A DNA stretch of 64,000 nt from Alistipes sp. (lineage in GTDB: Bacteria > Bacteroidota > Bacteroidia > Bacteroidales > Rikenellaceae): NCBI GenBank assembly GCA_045654285.1, contig JAZONC010000019.1:46602-110601 (forward strand), given 5' to 3'. The translations under genes were made by a program, and so were the position numbers. The notes under the pieces are model-generated. The model did not search any database. It was not told the DNA's origin and was given only the letters and a program-made list of their open reading frames with translations. Of this stretch, positions 48,570-57,927 are shown piece by piece; position 1 is the first letter of the stretch, and each line of letters starts with the position of its first letter.

Positions 48570-49760
48570 TTGATAGATTTTCTTCTTCGTCCTTTTCGTC
48601 GTAACTTCGGCAAGGACAAGATGTTTTACCGCGCAATCGACGATATGTTTGGCATCTTGCCCCACAATATCGAACTCTACAAGCTGGCGCTCATACACAA
48701 GTCAGCCTCGATTACGCTCGACAACGGACAGCATATCAACAACGAGCGACTGGAGTTTCTGGGTGATGCGGTTATCGAGACCGTAACATCGGACTACCTG
48801 TTTATTGAGTTCCCCGACAAGAACGAGGGCTTCCTAACTCAGATGCGCTCGAAGATGGTCTCTCGCCAATCGCTCAACGCCGTAGCTAAGCGCCTGGGGC
48901 TGGATCAGCACGTTATTACCAACTCGACCAACAACTCATCGCAAAAACACATCTACGGCGATGCATTCGAGGCAATGATGGGAGCCATCTATTTGGATCA
49001 GGGATACGACTTTGTCAATCGTCTGCTTATCAACAAGATATTCGCCAATTATCTAAAGCTTGACACCCTTGTTGAGGCTGAGACCGACTTCAAGAGCCGC
49101 CTTATCGAGTGGTGCCAGAAGAATCACCACACGATACTCTTTACCACAACCTACGACAAGACCTACTCGTCATCGCATCCTTTCTTCTACTCGAAGGTGT
49201 TGATCGACAACATCGAGGTTGGATATGGAGCTGGCGAGTCGAAGAAGGAGGCCGAACAGCGTGCCGCATACTCTGTATCACAAGGCTTTAACGATGCCGA
49301 CTGTAATAAGCTGATGGATCGTCTCGACAACATCGAGGGTAACAGCAATAGCAAAAACACTACCCCTGCTCCCGAGCCTAAGCAGCCAAAGGAGACAAAG
49401 CCTCGCCGCTCAGTAAAGCCCAAGACAGAGGAGCCTAAAGATGTTGCAAGTAATGAGCCAGATAGTGCCGATGGCGACAACTCAACAAAAGAGGAGGGTG
49501 TAACTGAGGTTGTAGCAAATGAATCAAAGCCAAAGCGCTCGCGCTCAAGACGTTCATCGAAGCCAAAGGCCGACAACGCGGCTACCGATAACTCCCCCGT
49601 AGAGGAAGCAAACACAACAAAAGTTACCGAAGATAACTCTACCTCAACCGAGCAGGGCGATAAACCTAAGCCCCGCACACGCCGTCGTCGTACGCCAAAG
49701 GAGAAAGTGGCTGCAACGGAGGCTACAACCGACAATACATCGGAGGCTACATCCGCATAG
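48570..49760 (+). CDS. rnc: Ribonuclease III with long low-complexity C-terminal extension
   Basis: NERLEFLGDAV, DAFEAMMGAIYLD, dsRBD (DFKSRLIEWCQK...SKKEAEQRAA); TTG start. Confidence 0.92.
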   Translation: MIDFLLRPFRRNFGKDKMFYRAIDDMFGILPHNIELYKLALIHKSASITLDNGQHINNERLEFLGDAVIETVTSDYLFIEFPDKNEGFLTQMRSKMVSRQSLNAVAKRLGLDQHVITNSTNNSSQKHIYGDAFEAMMGAIYLDQGYDFVNRLLINKIFANYLKLDTLVEAETDFKSRLIEWCQKNHHTILFTTTYDKTYSSSHPFFYSKVLIDNIEVGYGAGESKKEAEQRAAYSVSQGFNDADCNKLMDRLDNIEGNSNSKNTTPAPEPKQPKETKPRRSVKPKTEEPKDVASNEPDSADGDNSTKEEGVTEVVANESKPKRSRSRRSSKPKADNAATDNSPVEEANTTKVTEDNSTSTEQGDKPKPRTRRRRTPKEKVAATEATTDNTSEATSA

Positions 49761-49771
49761 TAGCGCTTAAA

Positions 49772-50425
49772 ATGAAAGACTTACACGACAAACTACGCGC
49801 ACGAGGTGCCGAGGCTCTAAGCGACGAGGAGTTGCTGGCTCTGATGATAGAGTCGGCCGATGAACATCGTTCTCCGATGAACATCGCCAAAGGGCTTCTA
49901 TCTGAGTGCGAGTCGTTAGCGACCATTGCTCACACCCCACTCTCTCGGCTGAGGATGATTGAGGGGCTGGGACTGCGTGGTGCCGAACGCCTGATGGTTG
50001 CCACCGAATTGGGGCGTCGTGTAGCTCGCACCGAGGTGCGTCAGGCAGGATGCATCAATAGCGACAGCGATGTGGCACAACTTATGCGCCCTATATTTGA
50101 CGGTATGACGCACGAGGAGTGCTGGGTGTTATATCTCACCTCATCAAATCGACTCATCGAGCATCAACGAGTAAGCCAGGGAGGACTACAAGCTACTGTG
50201 GTTGATTTCCGTCTGATAGTTAAGCGCGCCCTCGAACTACTTGCCACACAGCTTATTCTGGTGCACAACCACCCATCGGGTGCGGCTGAGCCGAGTGCTG
50301 CCGACAAGACACTCACCCGACGCGTTAAAGATGCCGCGGCGTTGTTCGACATAAAGCTACTCGATCACATCATAATATCGAGCGAAGGCACCTTCTCATT
50401 TCGTCGCGAAGGACTGATGCAATAA
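49772..50425 (+). CDS. radC: RadC family protein
   Basis: GAEALSDEELLA, EECWVLYL, HNHPSG, PSAAD, LLDHIII. Confidence 0.92.
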   Translation: MKDLHDKLRARGAEALSDEELLALMIESADEHRSPMNIAKGLLSECESLATIAHTPLSRLRMIEGLGLRGAERLMVATELGRRVARTEVRQAGCINSDSDVAQLMRPIFDGMTHEECWVLYLTSSNRLIEHQRVSQGGLQATVVDFRLIVKRALELLATQLILVHNHPSGAAEPSAADKTLTRRVKDAAALFDIKLLDHIIISSEGTFSFRREGLMQ

Positions 50426-50431
50426 GATCAT

Positions 50432-50466
50432 AAAAGACTGCTAATCCGCGGATTATGCAGTCTTTT
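50432..50466 (+). terminator. Intrinsic terminator
   Basis: AAAAGACTGC-TAATCCGCGGATTAT-GCAGTCTTTT. Confidence 0.75.
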
Positions 50467-50678
50467 TCTTTTTAAGATCCAGCATTCCAAACTATCTTTT
50501 TTCCAGTCCATCACCACCTCTCGGTGCAAAGAGTACAGCGAACAAATCTAACAACAGCATACGGGTGCAAGATAAATTCTTTTTATCTACGATAAAATCC
50601 TCGCAAAATCGAATCTCTTTTCGCGGAAAATTTCTATATTTGTGGATTAGAATTAGAAATCATTAAAAATTTGAAAAT

Positions 50679-52223
50679 ATGACACAGGAGGAGTTGTTTA
50701 AGAAGTTGGTCGCTCACTGCAAGGAGTATGGTTTTATCTTCCCTTCGAGCGAGATATATGACGGTCTGGGTGCCGTTTATGATTATGGCCAGAATGGTGT
50801 TGAGCTTAAAAATAACATCATGCGTTACTGGTGGGATTCGATGGTTAAGCTCAACGAGAATATCGTTGGTATCGACGCCGCCATCTTTATGCACCCCCGC
50901 ACTTGGGAGGCTTCAGGCCACGTTGCAGCATTCAACGACCCCTTGATCGACAATAAGGATTCGAAGAAGCGCTACCGTGCCGATGTTCTCATTGAGGACT
51001 GGATGGCAAAGCAGGACGAGAAGATTCAGAAGGAGGTTGACAAGGCAAAGAAGCGCTTCGGCGAGGCATTCGACGAGGCACAGTATCGTGCTACCTCACC
51101 CCGCGTATTGGACATTGCATCAAAGCGCGACGCTATTCACAAGCGTTTCGCTGATGCATTGAATGACAACAACCTCGAGGAGTTGAAGCAGATTATCCTC
51201 GACTGCGAGATCGTTTGTCCCATCTCGGGCACTCGCAACTGGACCGATGTTCGTCAGTTCAACCTTATGTTCTCAACACAGATGGGCTCTACTGCCGAGG
51301 GTGCTAACACAATCTACCTTCGTCCCGAGACTGCGCAGGGTATCTTCGTTAACTACCTCAATGTACAGAAGACTGGTCGTATGAAACTCCCCTTCGGTAT
51401 TGCTCAGATCGGTAAGGCTTTCCGTAACGAGATCGTAGCTCGTCAGTTCATCTTCCGTATGCGCGAGTTCGAGCAGATGGAGATGCAGTTCTTCGTACAG
51501 CCTGGCACCGAAATGGAGTGGTGGAACAAGTGGAAGAACACTCGTATGGCTTGGCACCGCGCTTTGGGCTTCGGCGACGAGAACTATCGTTTCCACGATC
51601 ACGACAAGTTGGCTCACTACGCCAACGCTGCAACCGATGTAGAGTATAACTTCCCCTTCGGCTTTAAGGAGGTTGAGGGTATCCACTCTCGTACCGATTT
51701 CGACCTCGGTCGTCATCAGGAGTACTCAGGTAAGAAGATTCAGTACTTCGACGCTGAGCGTGGCGAGAGCTATGTTCCCTATGTGGTTGAGACCTCGATC
51801 GGAGTTGACCGTATGTTCTTGCAGATTATGTCGGCAGCTTATACCGAGGAGAAATTGGAGAATGGCGAGGAGCGCGTAGTATTGCGTATTCCCGCGGCAT
51901 TGGCTCCTACGAAGGTTGCCGTTATGCCTTTGGTTAAGAAGGACGGTCTGCCCGATGTAGCTCGCAAGATTATCGACGATTTGAAGTACGACTATGTTGT
52001 AGCATACGACGAGAAGGACTCTATCGGTAAGCGTTACCGTCGTCAGGACGCTGTAGGTACTCCTTTCTGCGTAACTGTTGACCACCAGACTTTGGAGGAT
52101 GGCACCGTTACAGTTCGTCACCGCGATACAATGGCACAGGAGCGTATTAAGATCGAGGCTCTGCGTGCAATGGTTGACGATGAGGTATCACTGCGTAAGT
52201 TATTCCAGAAGATTCAGGCGTAA
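50679..52223 (+). CDS. glyQS: Glycine--tRNA ligase (alpha2 type)
   Basis: SEIYDG, LRPETAQGIF, AFRNEI, REFEQME, IGKRYRRQD. Confidence 0.96.
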   Translation: MTQEELFKKLVAHCKEYGFIFPSSEIYDGLGAVYDYGQNGVELKNNIMRYWWDSMVKLNENIVGIDAAIFMHPRTWEASGHVAAFNDPLIDNKDSKKRYRADVLIEDWMAKQDEKIQKEVDKAKKRFGEAFDEAQYRATSPRVLDIASKRDAIHKRFADALNDNNLEELKQIILDCEIVCPISGTRNWTDVRQFNLMFSTQMGSTAEGANTIYLRPETAQGIFVNYLNVQKTGRMKLPFGIAQIGKAFRNEIVARQFIFRMREFEQMEMQFFVQPGTEMEWWNKWKNTRMAWHRALGFGDENYRFHDHDKLAHYANAATDVEYNFPFGFKEVEGIHSRTDFDLGRHQEYSGKKIQYFDAERGESYVPYVVETSIGVDRMFLQIMSAAYTEEKLENGEERVVLRIPAALAPTKVAVMPLVKKDGLPDVARKIIDDLKYDYVVAYDEKDSIGKRYRRQDAVGTPFCVTVDHQTLEDGTVTVRHRDTMAQERIKIEALRAMVDDEVSLRKLFQKIQA

Positions 52224-52228
52224 TCAGG

Positions 52229-52651
52229 GTGGGAAGAATCATAGCCATAGATTACGGCACAAAGCGCACGGGGTTGGCCGTTACCGACCCCCTGCGTATT
52301 ATTGCTAATGCTCTGGAGACTGTCGAGACCAAACAGTTGGAAAAGTACCTTGCAGACTATTTCTCAAAAAATGACATTGATGTTATAGTGCTGGGAAAAC
52401 CTTCGCAGATGAATGGTCAGCCATCGGAGACGATGCGTTATATCGAGCCGTTGGCAGGTCGCCTGCGCCACGCCTACCCCGATAAGCAGGTGGTGCTCTA
52501 CGACGAGCGTTTCACCTCGGTTATGGCTCACCGCACAATACTTGAGAGCGGAATAGGCAAGATGGCGCGCCGCGACAAAGCATTGGTGGACAGAATCTCA
52601 GCTACTATTATTCTACAATCATATATGGATTCATTGCAAATGCAGCAATAA
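52229..52651 (+). CDS. ruvX: YqgF/RuvX family resolvase-like nuclease
   Basis: AIDYGTKRTGLAVTD, DERFTS, VDRISATIILQ; GTG start. Confidence 0.93.
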   Translation: MGRIIAIDYGTKRTGLAVTDPLRIIANALETVETKQLEKYLADYFSKNDIDVIVLGKPSQMNGQPSETMRYIEPLAGRLRHAYPDKQVVLYDERFTSVMAHRTILESGIGKMARRDKALVDRISATIILQSYMDSLQMQQ

Positions 52652-52678
52652 CCAGGAAATAAGAAATATAAAAGTATT

Positions 52679-53224
52679 ATGATTTATCCGATAGTAATTT
52701 ACGGCTCGCAGACTCTGCGTAACAAGTCGGTAGATATTACTCCCGAATACCCCGATTTGAAGAAGCTCATCGACGATATGTTCATTACGCTCGATGAGGC
52801 TTCGGGCGTAGGTTTGGCGGCACCGCAAATTGGCAAGAATATTCGTCTTTTCATTGTCGATTGCACCCCGTGGGCTGACGACAATCCAGAGTTGGCCGAC
52901 TACCGCAAAGTCTTCATCAATGCCGAGATTTACGAGCGCTCGGAGGAGACTGACCTATTCAACGAGGGTTGCTTGTCGCTACCTGGTCTTCACGAGGATG
53001 TACGCCGTCCCGTAGCCATCAAGATGCGTTGGTTGGACGAGAACTTCGAGGAGCACGACGAGCTTATCGATGGTCTTCCCGCACGCGTTATCCAGCACGA
53101 GTACGACCACTTGGAGGGACAGGTCTTCACCGATCGCTTGAGTCCCCTGCGTCGTAACCTTCTAAAGGGCAAGATGACAAAACTTGCTAACGGCAAATAT
53201 CGTTGCGCATACAAAACCAAATAA
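52679..53224 (+). CDS. def: Peptide deformylase
   Basis: GVGLAAPQ, EGCLS, QHEYDHLEG. Confidence 0.96.
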   Translation: MIYPIVIYGSQTLRNKSVDITPEYPDLKKLIDDMFITLDEASGVGLAAPQIGKNIRLFIVDCTPWADDNPELADYRKVFINAEIYERSEETDLFNEGCLSLPGLHEDVRRPVAIKMRWLDENFEEHDELIDGLPARVIQHEYDHLEGQVFTDRLSPLRRNLLKGKMTKLANGKYRCAYKTK

Positions 53225-53237
53225 AAATTAGGGAAAG

Positions 53238-53783
53238 ATGACAAAAAATAGTTTCTGGAGAGATGCCTCGCAAGGCGGAGCAATCCTTGGAGTGGCTGGA
53301 ATGGTATTCTCACTCGCTAGTATGTTGTGGAGTGCTGGAGCCTTTATCTTCAGCCTGGCAAATTTCGTTGTTACCCTCTATCTACTTTTCTACTTCACAC
53401 GTCGTCGCTCGATGCTCTACCCTGCCGAGGAGGGATTTACCTACTCTCAGTCGTTGGGCTTCATCGTTTCGATGGGTATCTTTGCGGGTATTATCGCAGG
53501 AGCTTACCAGATTGTAGCAAGTAATTTCCTTTTTAGCGATGTGTTCGAGCAGACACTTGCTACATCGCTCGACACGCTCAAGCAGACTGGCGTTTACAAC
53601 AACGATATGATGGATCAGATGTCAGATCTGATGCGTTCTTACACCTTCTCACCCATTCCTGCTCTCATATCGAATGTAGTCGGCAATGTGTTAATTTTCG
53701 GTTTCTACGGTCTATTCATCTCAATCGGCACAAAGCGTGATGCTGATATATTTAGTTCAGAGAACGAGGAGGACGAGGAGTAA
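53238..53783 (+). CDS. DUF4199-like membrane protein
   Basis: Four TMs with the typical spacing; upstream of the GT2 gene. Confidence 0.7.
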   Translation: MTKNSFWRDASQGGAILGVAGMVFSLASMLWSAGAFIFSLANFVVTLYLLFYFTRRRSMLYPAEEGFTYSQSLGFIVSMGIFAGIIAGAYQIVASNFLFSDVFEQTLATSLDTLKQTGVYNNDMMDQMSDLMRSYTFSPIPALISNVVGNVLIFGFYGLFISIGTKRDADIFSSENEEDEE

Positions 53784-54742
53784 TGAGTAAACTATTGGAC
53801 ATATCGGTTGTCGTGCCTCTCTACAACGAGGAGGAGTCGCTCGCAGAACTTGTTGCGTGGATTGACCGCGTAGCCGTACAAAACACGCTCTCCTACGAGA
53901 TAATTATGATCGACGACGGCTCGTCAGATCGTTCGTGGGACGAGGTTGAGCGCCTCAAGGAGCACTACCCCACCATCAAGGGCATACGCTTTGCGCGTAA
54001 CTATGGCAAGTCGGCCGCTCTCTACTGCGGTTTTGCCGAGGCTGAGGGCAAGGTGGTATTCACTATGGATGCTGACCTACAGGACTCGCCCGACGAGATT
54101 CCCGAGATGCGCCGTATGATCTTAGAGGATGGCTATGACCTTGTATCGGGATGGAAGCGTAAACGATATGACCCTGCAGGCAAGCGTCTTCCGAGTAAGT
54201 TCTTCAATCTCACTGCTCGCATTGTATCAGGCATCAAATTGCACGACTTCAACTGTGGACTGAAGGCCTATCGTCGTCGTGTCGTCAAGTCTATCGAGGT
54301 ATATGGCGAGATGCATCGCTACATACCCATCCTTGCCAAGCACGCTGGCTTTAGAAAGATTGGCGAAAAAGTTGTTACCCACCGCGAGCGCAAGTATGGA
54401 GTGTCGAAGTTCGGTATGGAGCGTATGGTAAAGGGGTATTTGGACCTTATCACTGTATCGTTTATGTCGCACTTTGGTCGTTCACCTATGTACTTTTTCG
54501 GAAGTCTTGGCACGATAATGTTCCTGCTTGGTGGATGCACCACAGTGTGGGTTATTGCCGCCAAACTGTGGAAGCAGATGCACGGCCTACCCCTGCGTGC
54601 CGTAACCGACCAACCTCTATTCTTTGTAGCAATCTTAGCCGTAATTCTCGGTGTACAACTATTTTTGGCGGGATTCTTGGGCGAGCTTATCAATCGTCGT
54701 TCGTCGGACCGCAACACATATTTAATCGATAAGAAAATATAG
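53783..54742 (+). CDS. GT2 polyprenol-phosphate glycosyltransferase (ArnC/DPM-like)
   Basis: VVPLYNEEESL, DDGSSD, RNYGKSAAL, MDADLQD, HDFNCGLK; two C-terminal TMs. Confidence 0.92.
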   Translation: MSKLLDISVVVPLYNEEESLAELVAWIDRVAVQNTLSYEIIMIDDGSSDRSWDEVERLKEHYPTIKGIRFARNYGKSAALYCGFAEAEGKVVFTMDADLQDSPDEIPEMRRMILEDGYDLVSGWKRKRYDPAGKRLPSKFFNLTARIVSGIKLHDFNCGLKAYRRRVVKSIEVYGEMHRYIPILAKHAGFRKIGEKVVTHRERKYGVSKFGMERMVKGYLDLITVSFMSHFGRSPMYFFGSLGTIMFLLGGCTTVWVIAAKLWKQMHGLPLRAVTDQPLFFVAILAVILGVQLFLAGFLGELINRRSSDRNTYLIDKKI

Positions 54743-54749
54743 TAAACTT

Positions 54750-55208
54750 ATGATACAACGCATTCAATCACTCTATCTCTTGGCTGTTGCCGCACTTATG
54801 GCGGCCGCCATATTCACTCCGTTGGCATACTTTGCCGCAGGTGTTGAAGAGTATAAGCTCTACGCCTTCTCGTTACAGGGTGCGCAGGAGAGCTACTCGA
54901 CCATATATATGGGTATAATCGTAACATTGGCAACCATCATCCCGTTAGTAAACATCTTCCTGTTTAAGAATCGTCTACTACAGATTCGTCTTTGCGCCGT
55001 GGAGTTAATGTTGTTGGTTGGCTCAGTCATCTTTATGGCTATCTACTATTTCCTGAGCAATAGAATGTTCTCGCAGTTGGAGTTCAGTGCTCACGGATTC
55101 CACATTGCCATCATCTTCCCACTCATCGCTCTGGTGCTCGACTATCTTGCACTGCGAGCTATCTTCCGCGACGAGATGCTGGTGAAGTCGCTCGACCGTA
55201 TTCGATAG
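54750..55208 (+). CDS. DUF4293 family membrane protein
   Basis: MIQRIQSLYL, IFLFKNRLLQIRL, DEMLVKSLDRIR. Confidence 0.85.
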   Translation: MIQRIQSLYLLAVAALMAAAIFTPLAYFAAGVEEYKLYAFSLQGAQESYSTIYMGIIVTLATIIPLVNIFLFKNRLLQIRLCAVELMLLVGSVIFMAIYYFLSNRMFSQLEFSAHGFHIAIIFPLIALVLDYLALRAIFRDEMLVKSLDRIR

Positions 55209-55230
55209 ATAGAGTATGTATTAGAATTAC

Positions 55231-55270
55231 GAGAGGTTTTCTACCCAAACAGGGGTAGAGGCCTCTCTTT
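55231..55270 (+). terminator. Intrinsic terminator
   Basis: GAGAGGTTTTCTACCC...GGGTAGAGGCCTCTCTTT. Confidence 0.7.
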
Positions 55271-55297
55271 TGTAAATGGATAAGACTGGCTCGGAGT

Positions 55298-56848
55298 ATG
55301 AGAAGTTTATGTTACTGTATATTGTTATGGGGCATCGCGCTGTGTGCGCTTGCTTCTTGCTCGAATGAAGAGAAAATCGTCCCATCGTTCAACATTACCA
55401 CAAGCGATGGCGAGGCTCTCAACCACTCTTCGATTACTTTCACGAGCGAAGGCGGTAGTGCCGCAATCAATATTACCAGCAACTCGCAATGGCAAATCGA
55501 ATGTGAGGCCGAATGGGTTGATATATCTCCGCGCGAAGGTCAAGGTAATGGTTCGGTAGTGATTACCGCCGATGCTACCACGGCTGCACGTAGTGCCGTA
55601 GCGGTGGCATATCTTAGCGACTATAAGCAGATGAGTCGGTCATTTAACATCATCCAGTATGCTCCATCAAACGCCGACGACCAACCCGACAACGGCGAGG
55701 ATAACCCGACTGACGACCCCAACGAGGATGGCGGCGAAGACAATCCTACTGACAATCCCAATGATGATGGCAACGAGGACAAGCCAACCGACGACCCCAA
55801 CGATGAGGGCGGAGAGGACAACGGCGAGGATAAGCCGACCGATAACCCCAACGATGAGGGCGGAGAGGATAATGGCGAGGATAAGCCAACCGATGACCCC
55901 AACGAGGAGGGCGGAAATGACAAACCAACAGACAAACCCAACGATAATGAAGGGGAGAATAACGGCGAGGATAAACCCACCGACAACCCCAACGAAGAGG
56001 GCGGAAATGACAAACCAACAGACAACCCCAATGATGAGGGCGGAGAGAACAAGCCAGCTGACAACCCCAACGATGACGATGGGGAGAATAACGGTGAGGA
56101 TAAACCCACCGACAACCCCAACGATAATAACGGGGAGAATAAAGGCGAGGACAAGCCAGCCGACACCCCCAACGATGAGGGTGGAGAGGACGAAAATGAG
56201 GATGACAGTAGCTCGATAGAGAATCCTGAGAATAAACCTGACGATCCTTCGGATGATGGCTCAGGTAACCCATCAGGAAGTACTCCCGACGGCGATACCC
56301 TAAACACCGACAGCGACAATGCTTCCGATAGCGATCAGGACGATGATGCCGAGCAAGGAAACGAAGATTCGATGGCGACCTATACACCCATTACCACAAC
56401 CGCTAATCTCGCCGCAGGCACATACTATTTAGGTGGTTATCAAGGCTCTACACTCCATCTTGTTAGCTATGGCGAAGGTGATAGAAGCGGACACTATTAC
56501 ACCGCTCCCTATACATACGACAGTGTTAGCGGCACGCTCACGCCACAACAATCGGCCCAAGCCATCAAGGTTACACTCGAGGCTACCTCTGGCTCAAACT
56601 GCTATTACATCCGCTTTGACGGCGAGGGTTATCTCTCTGCCACATCTAACACGGCGGGCAAGTTGATCTTCACTCCAGAACCCATTCGTGCGTGGCGTTT
56701 TACTACGAGCGATGGTGGTTTTGTCGTTATTCAAGACGACTCTCTTTATGTGAAGTTGATTATATCGAAACGCGCCACCGATCGCCTTTTGCGTTCGATC
56801 GATGGCTACGAGGAGGGTAATCCCATAGTGCTATTCCATCAAAACTGA
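55298..56848 (+). CDS. BACON-domain lipoprotein with acidic tandem-repeat linker
   Basis: Lipobox LASC; BACON-like ITSNSQWQI...EWVDISP.EG.GNG.V.IT....R; D/N/E/G/P repeats; beta-rich C-terminal domain. Confidence 0.8.
   Translation: MRSLCYCILLWGIALCALASCSNEEKIVPSFNITTSDGEALNHSSITFTSEGGSAAINITSNSQWQIECEAEWVDISPREGQGNGSVVITADATTAARSAVAVAYLSDYKQMSRSFNIIQYAPSNADDQPDNGEDNPTDDPNEDGGEDNPTDNPNDDGNEDKPTDDPNDEGGEDNGEDKPTDNPNDEGGEDNGEDKPTDDPNEEGGNDKPTDKPNDNEGENNGEDKPTDNPNEEGGNDKPTDNPNDEGGENKPADNPNDDDGENNGEDKPTDNPNDNNGENKGEDKPADTPNDEGGEDENEDDSSSIENPENKPDDPSDDGSGNPSGSTPDGDTLNTDSDNASDSDQDDDAEQGNEDSMATYTPITTTANLAAGTYYLGGYQGSTLHLVSYGEGDRSGHYYTAPYTYDSVSGTLTPQQSAQAIKVTLEATSGSNCYYIRFDGEGYLSATSNTAGKLIFTPEPIRAWRFTTSDGGFVVIQDDSLYVKLIISKRATDRLLRSIDGYEEGNPIVLFHQN
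55688..56188 (+). repeat. Intragenic tandem repeat: 11 units of 39 nt, some with an extra 12 nt
   Basis: Consensus (DNGE)DKPTDNPNDEGGE, counted in the translation. Confidence 0.9.
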
Positions 56849-56852
56849 TGCT

Positions 56853-57821
56853 ATGATTCGTTGCACGGCATTAACTCTCTCGATGCTATTGTTCGCTCTT
56901 GTCGGGATGGCTCAGCCATCGCGCACCGTGGCATTCTACAACACCGAGAATCTATTCGACACCATTCCGAGCCGTAGTATCTATGACGAGGATATGCTAC
57001 CGCTTGCCGACAAATGCTGGAATAGCGAACGTTACACAGCTAAGCTACAAATAATCTCACAAACCCTGGCATCTATCTCCGACGGCTACCCCACCCTCAT
57101 TGGACTTGCCGAGGTAGAGAACCTAAATGTGGTCAACGACCTCGTGTCAATGCCAGCACTCGCCGAAGCCCGCTACTCAATCTGCCACTACGACTCCGCA
57201 GATGAGCGAGGCATTGATGTTGCTCTACTCTACCGTCCCGATCTATTCCACCTTGATGGCTGTCTCGCCATAAAACCAACGGCCAGCGACTCTACACGCG
57301 ATATACTCACCGCGTGGGGTGAGATGGATGGCCATCCAACATTTATCGTAGTGGTGCACTGGCCCTCACGCATTGGTGGTGTTGCCTTCACCGAGCCTTT
57401 GAGACGAGAGTGCGCACAGCAGGTACGAGGCATTGTAGATTCGGTGATGGTGTCGCAACCCTCAACACGCATTATTGTAATGGGTGATATGAACGATAAC
57501 CCGCGCGACAAGAGTCTGCACCACGACCTGCGAGCCACCGCACGCCCCTCTGACCCAACCGATCTATACAACCCATTTGCCGAGGTGTGGAACTCACGCT
57601 GCGGCTCTTCGGTGTATGATGGCCGCTGGAATCAGTACGACAATATTGTGGTTTCGACTAATACTCCTCTGCTACCAATTGGTGGTCGAAAACACGCCGC
57701 TGTGTATCGTCATTCTTCGCTACTCACCCACCGAGGGACACCACGCCCCACCTACTCAGGCTCTCGCTACGAGGGTGGCGCAAGCGACCATCTGCCCGTG
57801 TATATTGTAATTGGAGAATAA
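56853..57821 (+). CDS. Exported endonuclease/exonuclease/phosphatase family protein
   Basis: AFYNTENLFDT, GLAEVEN, DERGIDVALLY, HWPSR, MGDMND, SDHLPV. Confidence 0.9.
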   Translation: MIRCTALTLSMLLFALVGMAQPSRTVAFYNTENLFDTIPSRSIYDEDMLPLADKCWNSERYTAKLQIISQTLASISDGYPTLIGLAEVENLNVVNDLVSMPALAEARYSICHYDSADERGIDVALLYRPDLFHLDGCLAIKPTASDSTRDILTAWGEMDGHPTFIVVVHWPSRIGGVAFTEPLRRECAQQVRGIVDSVMVSQPSTRIIVMGDMNDNPRDKSLHHDLRATARPSDPTDLYNPFAEVWNSRCGSSVYDGRWNQYDNIVVSTNTPLLPIGGRKHAAVYRHSSLLTHRGTPRPTYSGSRYEGGASDHLPVYIVIGE

Positions 57822-57927
57822 TCGCCCTTATTTTAGTAGCAAGGAGCCAAAAATTTGGCGCAGACAAAAAAAATGTATAATTTTGAGGCTATATAATACG
57901 AATTCAAAACATTAACTTAATAAGACT

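Noticed and set aside
49772-50425. radC as a marker of a mobile element
   Set aside because: Full-length chromosomal type among housekeeping genes; no mobility genes nearby.
55621-56387. Tandem repeats and long alternative-frame ORFs, considered as CRISPR or overlapping genes
   Set aside because: Units are codon multiples without unique spacers, inside a lipoprotein ORF; the other frames stay open only because of low complexity. No cas genes are present.
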